A DNA stretch of 64,000 nt from an uncultured Alistipes sp. (GTDB lineage: Bacteria; Bacillota; Clostridia; Oscillospirales; Ruminococcaceae), in the NCBI GenBank assembly GCA_964460175.1, contig CAYWPN010000002.1, positions 127,145-191,144 of the forward strand. The letters run 5' to 3'. Of the stretch, positions 35,747 through 45,509 are shown one piece after another (within the stretch, counting starts at the first letter, position 1; every line of letters starts with the position of its first letter). The notes beneath the pieces were generated by a model. It searched no databases and was not told where the DNA came from. It saw only the letters and a list, made by a program, of their open reading frames with translations. The position numbers and the translations under genes were made by a program.

Positions 35747-37117
35747 CTAAAATCTGAAATATATAAACGGACTGTATGAATTTGACGAAAGAGTAAGTAT
35801 GCAAAGTCCGAGAAGTATAAGAGATACGGCATAGGAGCAGAACTCACACACTGCTGATTTTGCTGTTTTTTCGCCGATAATACGCACAACAGGCATTGAA
35901 AACAATACAGCAAGTACAAGCATGACAAGGTACATAGGAGTTAAATTCTGCATAAACATTGCTGTCTGTATGGTATTGCCCGACGGACAGAACATATGAC
36001 CGATAAATCTGCACGCAGTCGGCAAATCGTCCGCCCTGAAAAATACAAACGCAAGGACTGTCACAAACATTGTATAGATATGCCTGAACGGTCTCAGCCA
36101 CTTTTCAGGCTTGATTATCTTGTAAGACTCAATCATCATGAACGCACCGTTGATAAGTCCCCACACAATAAAATTGAGACTTGCGCCGTGCCATAAACCT
36201 GTACAGAAAAAGACAATCAGTTTATTGACAGCGGTGCGCAGTTTCCCTTTACGGTTTCCGCCGAGAGGAATGTATAAATATTCCTTAAACCATGTTGAGA
36301 CGGAAATATGCCATCTTCGCCAGAAATCCTGCATACTTTGCGAAATATAGGGATAATTGAAGTTTTCCCTGAAAGTAAATCCGAACATCAGACCAAGTCC
36401 GATAGCCATATCGCTGTAACCGCTGAAATCGAAATAAATCTGAAACAGATACGATACAGCACCGAGCCATGCAAGCGGTACAGACAAATCAGCAGTATCA
36501 AGTCCATAGACGTAATCAGCAGAAACCGCCATGGTATTCGCAATAAGGAGTTTTTTTGAAAGTCCGGTTATAAAACGGCGTATACCCTCTGCGGTCTGTT
36601 CGGGACTGTGTTCCCTGTGGTCAATCTGATTGACAAAGTCATAATATTTTACAATAGGACCTGCAACAAGCTGTGGAAAAAACGTTATGTACAGTGCAAG
36701 TCTGAAATGACTTTTCTGTATATATTCCGGATTTTTGTATGCGTCAATTACATAAGACATCGCCTGAAAAGTATAGAAAGATATTCCAATAGGCAGTGCA
36801 ATATGCGGTATGGTAATACCAAGCAGACCTGCTCCGAAGCCTGCATATTTGAATATTCCGAGCATGAGCAGATTTGCCGTGACTGCACAGACAAGAGCAG
36901 TTTTGCGGAATTTATGTTCCATTGCACGACCAAACCAGTAGTTCATTTCGATTGAAATAATCATCAGAATAATTGCTTTTGGTTCACCGTATGTGTAGAA
37001 TAACAGACTGAACAGGAGCAGAAGTGCATTTTTCGCCGTTATTGCAGGAATTATGCGGTACAGTATGTATACCGAAGTGAGAAAGAGAAAAAGAAATACA
37101 GGACTGCTGAAAACCAT
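35747..37117 (-). CDS. MBOAT family O-acyltransferase (AlgI/DltB-like)
   Basis: Polytopic. FWRRWHISVSTWFKEYLYIPLGGNR and the conserved His in GLWHGAS. Confidence 0.9.
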   Translation of the reverse strand: MVFSSPVFLFLFLTSVYILYRIIPAITAKNALLLLFSLLFYTYGEPKAIILMIISIEMNYWFGRAMEHKFRKTALVCAVTANLLMLGIFKYAGFGAGLLGITIPHIALPIGISFYTFQAMSYVIDAYKNPEYIQKSHFRLALYITFFPQLVAGPIVKYYDFVNQIDHREHSPEQTAEGIRRFITGLSKKLLIANTMAVSADYVYGLDTADLSVPLAWLGAVSYLFQIYFDFSGYSDMAIGLGLMFGFTFRENFNYPYISQSMQDFWRRWHISVSTWFKEYLYIPLGGNRKGKLRTAVNKLIVFFCTGLWHGASLNFIVWGLINGAFMMIESYKIIKPEKWLRPFRHIYTMFVTVLAFVFFRADDLPTACRFIGHMFCPSGNTIQTAMFMQNLTPMYLVMLVLAVLFSMPVVRIIGEKTAKSAVCEFCSYAVSLILLGLCILTLSSNSYSPFIYFRF

Positions 37118-37126
37118 TTCTTCTCC

Positions 37127-37873
37127 TTATACAGCCATATAGAATATAATTGAACTTACAGTATCGCCGTTGTACTGCACATCAAGTTCTTTTCCTTCGC
37201 CTGCATAGACAACATAACCGCCCATTTCCTCACCTGTTCCGTAAGCGTTTTCAACGTCCGTGCGTGAACTGCCGACGGTTATGCCAGCCGTTGTGGAATA
37301 ACTGCTGTTTGTTATCATTATCTGATATATATAAGGTGTATCGCCGTTTATATAGCACGAAATCTGCAAGCCGTCATAAGTATAAATTCTCTGGTCATCA
37401 CCGTTTGAGAGACAGCCTGCTGCGTCCTGAACATCGAGAGGTTCGCCGAGAGTATTTATAATATCCGCTGCACTTCCGCTCAGATTGTCCATGCTGAACT
37501 GCACCTGTACAGGCGGTTCAGTCGCAGGAGGTTCTGGTTCAGGAGGTTCTGTTATCTCAGGTTCGTCAACGACAACAGGCGGTTCTGTTGCCTGTTCCGC
37601 AGGAGCTTCTGTCACTTCTTCTGTCACGGCTTCAGTAACAACTTCCGTTGTGACTTCTGTTGTTTCCGCTGTTGATATTTCAGAAACAACTGTAGTTTTT
37701 GCTGTAGTCTTCGCCGTTGTAATTACTTCTGTAGACGTTTCTGTTTCTGCCGTTTCTGTAGTGACTACAGGCAAATCGAGCGTGACAGAACTTTCGTCGG
37801 GCGCATCATTTCCGCATGAAACAGCAGAAAATGCAACCGCTATAAATGCAAGTACCGCAAATTTATTTTTCAT
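37127..37873 (-). CDS. Lipoprotein with a T/E/P-rich acidic linker and a C-terminal globular domain
   Basis: MKNKFAVLAFIAVAFSAVSCGND lipobox, followed by low-complexity TETAETETSTEV...EPPEPEPPATEPP. Confidence 0.75.
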   Translation of the reverse strand: MKNKFAVLAFIAVAFSAVSCGNDAPDESSVTLDLPVVTTETAETETSTEVITTAKTTAKTTVVSEISTAETTEVTTEVVTEAVTEEVTEAPAEQATEPPVVVDEPEITEPPEPEPPATEPPVQVQFSMDNLSGSAADIINTLGEPLDVQDAAGCLSNGDDQRIYTYDGLQISCYINGDTPYIYQIMITNSSYSTTAGITVGSSRTDVENAYGTGEEMGGYVVYAGEGKELDVQYNGDTVSSIIFYMAV

Positions 37874-37891
37874 TTAACTTTTTTCTCCTTA

Positions 37892-39640
37892 TTAATAATA
37901 TTTCGCATAGACAAACTGCGTCCATGTATAAGTAAGCGATTTCAGGTATTCATCGGACACACCGCAGAAACCGTTGCAGGTATCGTAATTCAGCCATTTG
38001 CCGTTTATGTAAACCTGATTCCAGTAGTGGTCTGATGTATGAGTACCTGTGCCGTATACAATACGTGTTTCATAGCCTGCCTGTTTGAAAAGCAGGTCAG
38101 TAACAGCAGCGAAATAATAGCAGACAACAAAGCGGTTATCCAGTGAATAATTTGCGAAGTAATCCCAGCCTTTTGCCTCAATATCAGAAAGAGACCTTGT
38201 CACCTCAATATAACTGTACACATTCCTGTTGCGTACATAATTATAGATATTTGTTGCATTCGTTCCTGTTGATGTAATAATACTCTGCGCCCTTTTCTGC
38301 ACTGCCGACATTGCAACAGCAGCTCCTTCTTTGGAAAGTGCGGTTGTATTGTCGATTACCTTGTTTTTCTCCATTTTTCCGCTTGTGGGATTGAAATAGT
38401 ACTTATTGCCGTCAGCTTCCTGCCAGCCAGTTACCATTTTTCCTTCTTCGTCAAAGAAATACTTATCGCCGTCGATTTCCTGCAATCCGAACTGCATAGA
38501 ACCGTCGTCGGCAAAATAATATTTTTTGCCGTTGATAAGAAGTCTTCCTGTCATCATAACGCTGGTATCAGCATTGAAATAATAGGTCTTGCCGTCTATT
38601 TCAGTAAGTCCGGAAGATGCAGTACCGTCTTCGCCGAGGTAATATCTGTCTTCGCCGATAGTTACCCAGCCGAACTGCATTGAGCCGTCCTCTGCAAAAT
38701 AATATTTCTTACCGTCAATCAGCAGTTTTCCGGACATCATTTTTCCGCTTTCCGCATCAAGATAGTACTTTTTGCCGTCGAAATCTGTCATACCTCTGCA
38801 CATTATGTAGTCACTGCCGAAAAGATACTTTTCGCCCTCGACTTCAAAAATACCAGACTGTGCAGAAAAATCGTCGCCGAAATAGTAAAAATCATCGCCG
38901 ACAGCAGTTTTTCCTTTTACTGCCTTTCCCTGTTCGTCCGCATAGTAAACTTTACCGTCCACCGTCTGCAAACCGTTGAGAATCAGACCGTCATTGCTGA
39001 AAACATACGTTTTATCATTTATTTCAGTAATTCCCTTTGCATAGGCTGCATCTTCATAGAAATAACGTCTTTTATCGTTAATATCAAGCCAGCCGAACTG
39101 CATTTTTCCTGTCTGCTCATTGAAAAGGTACTCAACACCATCTATTTCAACGACGCTTGTTGAAAGAGTACCGTCGTCACCGACAAAATAGAAACTGCCC
39201 TCAAATGATGTCAGTCCTGTGCCAGTCATGACACTGCCCTTGTCGTCGAGGAGAACAAGCTTCTTGTCCTCATTTTCAAGAATACAGTTTGTCTGCTTGT
39301 CGTTTTCTTCCTCTATATAGTACTGTTTTCCGCAGTAATCAATCCAGCCATAGACTGCCTTTCCTGTTTCATTATCATAGTACTTTCTTTCGCCTTTTAC
39401 CGTTCTCCAGCCTGTTTTCTGAACTCCGTTCTTGGAAAACAGATAAACTTCTCCGTCTATTTCCTGTTCGCCTGTGACAAAACTGCCTGTTTCATCATAG
39501 TAGAAAATTCTGCCGTTTTCGTCTGTAACCCATTCAGAAATATGTTCTGTCTCGTCTGCATAAGCAGTGGCAGACACAGCGGCTGCAAGACTGAGTGATG
39601 CGGCAAATGCGCATATTATTGTCTTATTGTGCTTTTTCAT
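37892..39640 (-). CDS. Secreted protein with about 17 cell-wall-binding (CW_binding_1, choline-binding-type) repeats and a C-terminal transglutaminase-like Cys protease fold
   Basis: Start at MKKHNKTIICAFAAS (AGGAGG RBS). Repeats of the form GW..IDGK.YYF...G.M..G. C-terminal VVCYYFAA...DHYWNQVYINGKWLNYDT (Cys-His-Asp). Confidence 0.85.
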   Translation of the reverse strand: MKKHNKTIICAFAASLSLAAAVSATAYADETEHISEWVTDENGRIFYYDETGSFVTGEQEIDGEVYLFSKNGVQKTGWRTVKGERKYYDNETGKAVYGWIDYCGKQYYIEEENDKQTNCILENEDKKLVLLDDKGSVMTGTGLTSFEGSFYFVGDDGTLSTSVVEIDGVEYLFNEQTGKMQFGWLDINDKRRYFYEDAAYAKGITEINDKTYVFSNDGLILNGLQTVDGKVYYADEQGKAVKGKTAVGDDFYYFGDDFSAQSGIFEVEGEKYLFGSDYIMCRGMTDFDGKKYYLDAESGKMMSGKLLIDGKKYYFAEDGSMQFGWVTIGEDRYYLGEDGTASSGLTEIDGKTYYFNADTSVMMTGRLLINGKKYYFADDGSMQFGLQEIDGDKYFFDEEGKMVTGWQEADGNKYYFNPTSGKMEKNKVIDNTTALSKEGAAVAMSAVQKRAQSIITSTGTNATNIYNYVRNRNVYSYIEVTRSLSDIEAKGWDYFANYSLDNRFVVCYYFAAVTDLLFKQAGYETRIVYGTGTHTSDHYWNQVYINGKWLNYDTCNGFCGVSDEYLKSLTYTWTQFVYAKYY

Positions 39641-39740
39641 CAGTAATCCTCCTGTTGTCAAGTTATATTTATAAATAATATTATACAACATTGCGCAAAA
39701 AAAGTCAATGACATTTTTACATAATACAGGATTTTACACA

Positions 39741-39775
39741 AAAACCGCCTTATTGACAGAAAATAAAGCGGTTTT
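39741..39775 (-). terminator. Terminator after the 39780 lipoprotein gene
   Basis: Long imperfect hairpin AAAACCGCTTTATT-ttctgtc-AATAAGGCGGTTTT followed by TGTGTAAAA (minus strand). Confidence 0.6.
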
Positions 39776-39779
39776 ATGA

Positions 39780-40652
39780 TTATTCACTTTTGATACTGCT
39801 GTAAACTTCCTCAATACTTGCGGGAGTAATGCCGACTTCAGCAACATTGTCCGCAGTTATAACAATAGCAGTTATTTTATATGCTGTGCCGTCAATCGTA
39901 TCGTCGGGCAGAATAACTACCGTACCTGCTTCCAGACCGTCGGCGTATTCCGCAGGGAATGTAACTCCTCCGTCAGAATATGAAATCTCTTCAGCAGGAA
40001 TAACACCTGTAAGGTCAACTACTCCTTCGACAAGTTCAACCGATATATTTGTATCGAAATCCGGATTAAGCCATGCGTCGCACGCCTTTTCAACAATTTC
40101 GCCAGCCTTTGCAACGTCAACCGCCGAAATATCGGCACTTTCAATAACTCCTCTGCTTACGGCGCATTCCAGAATTTCATCAAGTGAAGATGTACCGTCA
40201 ACAAATCCTGTTGCTCTCATTGCTGCCGATATAAGCAGTTCAGCGGTAACAGGAGCATTTTCATCAAGTTCAGCGTCAGCGTCGACAATGTCCCATGCTT
40301 TTGCGGTTTCAAGATTTTCTTCAAAACTTACTCCTCCTACCATTCCGAACGCATTGTTGATAGCACGAATGAGGTCGCCGTTAGTCATTACATCTGTTTC
40401 CTCCGCAACGGCAGTCGTTTCAGGCTCTGTCAGTTCTGTAGTAACTTCCTCTGCCGGAACAGTAGTTTCCGCTTCTGTTTCTACAATTGTTTCTGCCACT
40501 GTTTCGGGTTCAGTTTCAGGCTCCGTTGTATCTGCAACGGAATTTTCAGGCAATGACGGCTCTGAACTGTTACCCTCATCATTTCCGCAGCCTACAGCCA
40601 TAGCAGCAAGTACAGAAATCACAACAGCAAGTGCAAATCTTTTCTTAAACAT
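39780..40652 (-). CDS. Lipoprotein with an acidic T/E/P-rich linker
   Basis: Start at MFKKRFALAVVISVLAAMAVGCGND (AAAGGTGA RBS). Linker TEPETEPETVAETIVETEAETT. Confidence 0.75.
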   Translation of the reverse strand: MFKKRFALAVVISVLAAMAVGCGNDEGNSSEPSLPENSVADTTEPETEPETVAETIVETEAETTVPAEEVTTELTEPETTAVAEETDVMTNGDLIRAINNAFGMVGGVSFEENLETAKAWDIVDADAELDENAPVTAELLISAAMRATGFVDGTSSLDEILECAVSRGVIESADISAVDVAKAGEIVEKACDAWLNPDFDTNISVELVEGVVDLTGVIPAEEISYSDGGVTFPAEYADGLEAGTVVILPDDTIDGTAYKITAIVITADNVAEVGITPASIEEVYSSIKSE

Positions 40653-40734
40653 AATATTCACCTTTTTGATTATTTTTTAACAACGACTATTATATCACAT
40701 ATCAGAGAAAAAATCAATATTAAAAATAACACAA

Positions 40735-41460
40735 TCAATTGTTGAATCTGTACTTTTTTTTGTATTCTTTTGGAGTAATACCGATATATTTTTTAAAAAT
40801 TTTAATAAAATAACTCTGCGAACTGAAACAAAGCAGACTGCTTATTTCAAGGTCACTGTATTCCGAATAGGTGAGAAGTCCGGCTGCCTCCTCGACTTTC
40901 TTGCGGTTGACGTAATCCGTAAAAGTCATGCCTGTTTCGTTCCTGAATGCTCTCGACAGATAGGCGGGATTTATTTTAAGATACTTCGCAACGTCCTCGA
41001 TTTTAAAACGGCTGTGAAGATGTTCACTGATATAATCCATAGCGCATACAATTCTTTTTGAATATACTTTTTCCGTCCGTACACGGCGCATTTTTCTTGT
41101 GTAGCTCTCAATCATATCTGCGTGTATTCTGCGGAGTTCGTCTTCTTCCATGCATTCGTCCGCCCTCATGATATATATATCACTCATGCTGTACGCCTCT
41201 TCGGGTTTCATACCGCTGTTCACGCAGAAACGTGCAACAAGTGCCGTCGTTATAGTAAAATGATACTTCAGGTTCTGAATATAATCCTTACTCAAAGTAC
41301 CGCACCCTTCGCAGAAAAGCGGTGCAGTGAACATTCTGACGAGTTCTATATTTCCCGAACATATACTCTCATAGAAAGCACTTTCACGGTCAAAAGGTGC
41401 ATATCTGAAACCATTTTCCCTGTTTGCAAACAGATGTGATGTCATAGGACTGTCATTCAT
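40735..41460 (-). CDS. AraC family transcriptional regulator
   Basis: C-terminal dual HTH (ISEHLHSRFKIEDVAKYLKINPAYLSRAFRNETGMTFTDYVNRKKVEEAAGLL...SQSYFIKIFKKYIGITPKEYKK). Confidence 0.88.
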   Translation of the reverse strand: MNDSPMTSHLFANRENGFRYAPFDRESAFYESICSGNIELVRMFTAPLFCEGCGTLSKDYIQNLKYHFTITTALVARFCVNSGMKPEEAYSMSDIYIMRADECMEEDELRRIHADMIESYTRKMRRVRTEKVYSKRIVCAMDYISEHLHSRFKIEDVAKYLKINPAYLSRAFRNETGMTFTDYVNRKKVEEAAGLLTYSEYSDLEISSLLCFSSQSYFIKIFKKYIGITPKEYKKKYRFNN

Positions 41461-41510
41461 AAAATCACTCCTTTTTATTAATTATATCACAGATAAAATA
41501 ATTTGTAAAG

Positions 41511-41539
41511 AAAAACGCCCCCGATTTTACAATCGGGAG
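41511..41539 (-). terminator. Terminator after the GH9-GH16 gene
   Basis: Minus strand reads CTCCCGATT-gtaa-AATCGGGGG followed by CGTTTTTCTTT. Confidence 0.8.
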
Positions 41540-41573
41540 CATTTTCCGTTCAGAGAGAGATGCACAATATATC

Positions 41574-44500
41574 TTAATTCTTGTTGTCGTAAGTTACCCA
41601 CTGATAGTGTGCAGTGAGGGGAGTTTTGCCGTCATAAGGCTTGAGCCATTCGTCAACGCCAGTGCCGTTCCATGTATTCATCATAATTCTGCCAGGAGTG
41701 GACGGAATATTTTCTGTAGCCCTGTAGACTTCCTTTCCGTCAACATACCATGCAATGTAATCAGCCTGCCAGTCAAAGCCGTATGTATGGAAGCCTTCCG
41801 AAGCGTCGAAACCGAGGTCGTACATAAATTCATGTTCGCCTGTACCGTTTGTAAAGTAGTTGAACTGAACTTTTGTTGTGTCCTTGCCGAGAATTTCAAT
41901 ATCGATTTCGTCCCATGGATTATTTTCGGAAGGACCTGTATATGTGAAGAATGAGGAAACAACGCCGTCATTTTTGATAGGCTGCATGGAAGTCTCATAG
42001 TAGCCGTATCCATAATGGTCATTTGTTCTGTATTCAGCACCCGAATAATTATACTGTCCGCTGTTGTCCTTGTCTATTGTAAGACTGAGCATATCATTTT
42101 CGAGTGAAGTATTCTGTTTGTACCAGCCACAGTTAAAGAAACCGCCGTTAGTCCAGCCGTCCGAAGCAAAGAACAGTTCTGAACTGCCGTCCCTGAAATC
42201 CTCGACAGCAGTTGCATCTGCATTCATGGGAGTGCCATAGTCTTTAATACCGTTATTATCTGCAACAGTAACTGTTGTTGTAACAGCCGGAGTTGTAACG
42301 GGTTTAATTTCTGCTGTAGTCACTACAGGAACAGGCTGTTCAGGTTCTTCTTTTTTTCCTACAGGAAGACTGTCAACCATTTTTGCTTCAAGCTTCTGAA
42401 TTAAAAGAGCATCTGCGCCTGTTACTCCGTCGCCTACATTATAGCAGTCCGCATTAATCAATCCCTGTTCACTGAGACCGTATTTGTCCTCATTGCCAAT
42501 ATGCTGAATAATAGCAGTAGCGTCAGCAAGGTCAACTGTACCGTCGCAGTTTGCATCGCCATAGAGAATATCAGTAGTCGGAGGAGTTACAACCTCGCCT
42601 GTTCCGCCAGTAAGCGAAAGGAGATATGTAAGAGGAGAATTCCAGTAGATTGTGATTTCATTTGTGGAGTAGCTTTCTGAATTGTCAACCCAGCGTTTTG
42701 CCGGTGCAACACTCTTGCAGTAAGCCTTTGCTGCGCTGTCCTCTAAGTTCTGATTAACACCGCCTACGAGCATACCTTCCATAGCCTCTCCCACTGCCAT
42801 TGACGGACGGTGGTGCGGATTTTCAGGAGAAACAGTTCCGAAACCTGTCACGAAACTTGTTCCGAGCGGATTTGTTCCGAGAAGATAATCAAGCTGTGCG
42901 TTTGCTGCATTGAGATATTTCTCATCGCCAGTCTCATTGTAAGCAAGACCAAGAATTATACCTGCATTTGCAACAGTCATATTACTTCCCCAGTTGTACT
43001 TTGTAATCGCAGCACCATAAGGCATAACGTCTGATATACTTACAAAATCGTCAGCCTGTTTCTTTACAGCTGCGAGAGCCTTTGTGTAAATATCTGAATT
43101 TTTGTCAATATCTTTCATTGTAAGGACTGCAATGTTGCCGTAATCGCCTACTGTTGACCAGTCAAGACCTTTTGAAGCAGTTGATACGTTTGAAATATAT
43201 TTTGTATCACCTGTTGCACGGTAAAGCTGCAAAGCTGCCCAGTAGCGTTCATCTGTTGTAACATTGTCGCCGTACTCGCCTGTTACAACATCATCTGGAT
43301 TTGTGTATGTAACATTCGGATTTGCCTCTGCCCAAGCATAAGCCTTTATTGCAGCCTCAAGACAGGTATCAGCAAAACCAGCGTCAACATCTTTGTAGAT
43401 TTCGTAAGCAAGAGCCATGGAAGCTGCAAAATCAGCAGTAGCAGTTGTTGACTTCGGCATAACGATAAGCGGTTTTGTTTCCTTTTCGGGCATTACATAT
43501 CCAGGGAAAACATCGCATGAAACTTTATGGTACACACCGCCGTCGTTCTTGTCCTGCATTTTGAGCATCCATTCAAGTTCATAGCGTACTTCGTCGAGAA
43601 TATCAGCAGTACCGTTATTGCTTTCGGGAATGCCTATATTGTCGCTGTACATTGCCGGATTTGTCTGATATGCGTACATAAGGTCAGCAACAGCCTTTGC
43701 AGCAGCTACCACATATCTTCCGTAGTCGCCTGCATCGTGCCAGCCGCCGTTTACTTCTATTGTTTCGTCAGTACCGTAGATAGTAGCGACTGTATCGTGA
43801 CAGGCAACGTGACCGAATTTGTCATCAACTATTTCTGTACCGCAGCGCTGGAGATAAAGCATTCTTACACTTGAATCAAGAAGATTATTATAAACATCAT
43901 CACCGATTGTGAAAGTATAGGAATTTTCAAGTCCGCCGTATGAAATGTAGTATTTTCCGGGAGTAGTGACTTCCGAGAAATCGCCGATATAATTTGTTTC
44001 TTCGGCAGTAGTATTATTTTTTCCTTCGCTGAGAGTTCCTGTGTAAACAACCTCGCCGGTATCTGCATTAACAACAGCAAACTCATTTGTATTTACAGCA
44101 TCGGCATTTCTGATAACAGCCGTTTTCTTAGCGTTAGTCCTGTAGCCTACCTGATTTATATTGATGTCGTTTTCCTCACCGAGAACTGTACTATAGTCAA
44201 CATTGCTGTCATCGACGAGCTCGAGTGAAACGTTGTCAAGGTAGATTGTATGTTCGGGAAGTTCGCCGTCCTGTTTCTGCAAACCGCAGTTGAAACACAT
44301 CTTTGACATGATGTCTGTTTCCTCTTCCATTGTGAACTCATAGTCGATTGTCTGCGGTTCAGTTGTAACGTCAATACCCTTCCATGTATAAGCCTGATAT
44401 GTACCGCCGTTCTGCTGTATCATAGCTTCAACGTAACGTGGAGTTGAAGCGGAAATATCGAATTTCAGGCGGTAAACACCGTTCTGATAAAGCGGAATTA

Positions 44501-44762
44501 TGTCATAGAACATCTGTACAGCATAATTGAGAGTACCCTGTTTTGTGACTTTCAGTGCAAGTTTTCCGTCCTCTGTAGTGAGAGTACAAGCACCGCCGCT
44601 TTCTTTGTAAGTACCCCAGTCAGTCGTACCCGTATCGAATGTTGAGTTGCTGATTAAATTTTCAGCAGCCGATACAGCAAACGGAATTTCAGGTATAGCA
44701 GATGCCATAAGTATGCACGACGCAGCAGCAGCCATACAACGTCTTAAAGTATTTTTCTTCAT
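41574..44762 (-). CDS. Multimodular cellulosomal glycoside hydrolase: signal peptide - CBM4_9-like - Ig-like (CelD_N) - GH9 - dockerin - T/P linker - GH16 (lichenase-type)
   Basis: GH9: [31 protein letters not shown]. Dockerin: [51 protein letters not shown] (aa about 733-795). GH16: [12 protein letters not shown] (ExDxE), [20 protein letters not shown]. Confidence 0.92.
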   Translation of the reverse strand: MKKNTLRRCMAAAASCILMASAIPEIPFAVSAAENLISNSTFDTGTTDWGTYKESGGACTLTTEDGKLALKVTKQGTLNYAVQMFYDIIPLYQNGVYRLKFDISASTPRYVEAMIQQNGGTYQAYTWKGIDVTTEPQTIDYEFTMEEETDIMSKMCFNCGLQKQDGELPEHTIYLDNVSLELVDDSNVDYSTVLGEENDININQVGYRTNAKKTAVIRNADAVNTNEFAVVNADTGEVVYTGTLSEGKNNTTAEETNYIGDFSEVTTPGKYYISYGGLENSYTFTIGDDVYNNLLDSSVRMLYLQRCGTEIVDDKFGHVACHDTVATIYGTDETIEVNGGWHDAGDYGRYVVAAAKAVADLMYAYQTNPAMYSDNIGIPESNNGTADILDEVRYELEWMLKMQDKNDGGVYHKVSCDVFPGYVMPEKETKPLIVMPKSTTATADFAASMALAYEIYKDVDAGFADTCLEAAIKAYAWAEANPNVTYTNPDDVVTGEYGDNVTTDERYWAALQLYRATGDTKYISNVSTASKGLDWSTVGDYGNIAVLTMKDIDKNSDIYTKALAAVKKQADDFVSISDVMPYGAAITKYNWGSNMTVANAGIILGLAYNETGDEKYLNAANAQLDYLLGTNPLGTSFVTGFGTVSPENPHHRPSMAVGEAMEGMLVGGVNQNLEDSAAKAYCKSVAPAKRWVDNSESYSTNEITIYWNSPLTYLLSLTGGTGEVVTPPTTDILYGDANCDGTVDLADATAIIQHIGNEDKYGLSEQGLINADCYNVGDGVTGADALLIQKLEAKMVDSLPVGKKEEPEQPVPVVTTAEIKPVTTPAVTTTVTVADNNGIKDYGTPMNADATAVEDFRDGSSELFFASDGWTNGGFFNCGWYKQNTSLENDMLSLTIDKDNSGQYNYSGAEYRTNDHYGYGYYETSMQPIKNDGVVSSFFTYTGPSENNPWDEIDIEILGKDTTKVQFNYFTNGTGEHEFMYDLGFDASEGFHTYGFDWQADYIAWYVDGKEVYRATENIPSTPGRIMMNTWNGTGVDEWLKPYDGKTPLTAHYQWVTYDNKN
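42378..42566 (-). other. Internal dockerin module of the GH9-GH16 enzyme
   Basis: About 80 percent identical at protein level, by eye, to the dockerin at 29457-29675. Long identical DNA runs include GTCCTCATT.CC.ATATGCTGAATAATAG.AGTAGCGTC.GCAAGGTCAAC. Confidence 0.85.
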
Positions 44763-44912
44763 AAATAAAAACCCCTCTCGTTTTTCAGCATACCGTAGTG
44801 CTAAGACAGTATAGCTTTATTGACTGTATTTATTTTACAATAAACAGATAATTTTGTATACTATTTTCGTGACAAAAATAGTAAAATAATGACATCTTTT
44901 AATATAAAATAT

Positions 44913-44938
44913 AAACCTGTCCATAGCGGAACAGGTTT
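44913..44938 (-). terminator. Terminator after the PAP2 gene
   Basis: Minus strand reads AAACCTGTTCC-gctat-GGACAGGTTT followed by ATATTTTATATT. Confidence 0.6.
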
Positions 44939-44948
44939 AACTTTATTG

Positions 44949-45494
44949 CTATACAGACTTTTTTCTGTTGAAGACATATTTATTTGTCAGAGTTACAGTC
45001 ATAGCTGCAATACCGACACCGAGCAATGCTCCGCCAATTATATCAGTCGGAAAATGTACATAAAGATACATTCTTGAAAAGGCAATCAGTATTGCCACGC
45101 TGAATGACGGCACGGCAAATCTTTTGTCATAGTAACATAATATAGTTGCAGCAATAAAACTTGACATTGTGTGACCCGACGGAAAAGAATAATCCTGCGG
45201 AATTTCAATAAGCATATTGCCGATTTCATTTATCCAGCACGGACGGTCACGGCGGATAATATTTTTAACTACAAGATTTCCTATAAAAACTCCTGCAATC
45301 ATGCCAATCATCATAGTCATACTGCACCTGCGATACTTTGATTTTGCGGAGATTATCAGGGCAACAAGAACCCAGAACATTCCCATATTGCCGAAAGCTG
45401 TTATCACCGGCATAATATTGTCAAGAAATCCGCTTCGGAGATGCTCACGGATATAGTCAAGCACCATGAAATCAATTTCTTTTATAATATCCAT
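44949..45494 (-). CDS. PAP2 family phosphatase (undecaprenyl-diphosphatase/lipid phosphatase type)
   Basis: KNIIRRDRP, FPSGHT and SRMYLYVHFPTD motifs. Multiple TM helices. Confidence 0.88.
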   Translation of the reverse strand: MDIIKEIDFMVLDYIREHLRSGFLDNIMPVITAFGNMGMFWVLVALIISAKSKYRRCSMTMMIGMIAGVFIGNLVVKNIIRRDRPCWINEIGNMLIEIPQDYSFPSGHTMSSFIAATILCYYDKRFAVPSFSVAILIAFSRMYLYVHFPTDIIGGALLGVGIAAMTVTLTNKYVFNRKKSV

Positions 45495-45509
45495 AATCCA
45501 AAAAAACTC

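Noticed and set aside
39829-40680. 283-aa S/T/A-rich ORF on the plus strand
   Set aside because: It is antisense to the lipoprotein gene at 39780-40652. Its composition is the complement of the acidic T/E/P linker codons, and it has no RBS or signal features. The same reasoning applies to 37485-37877(+).
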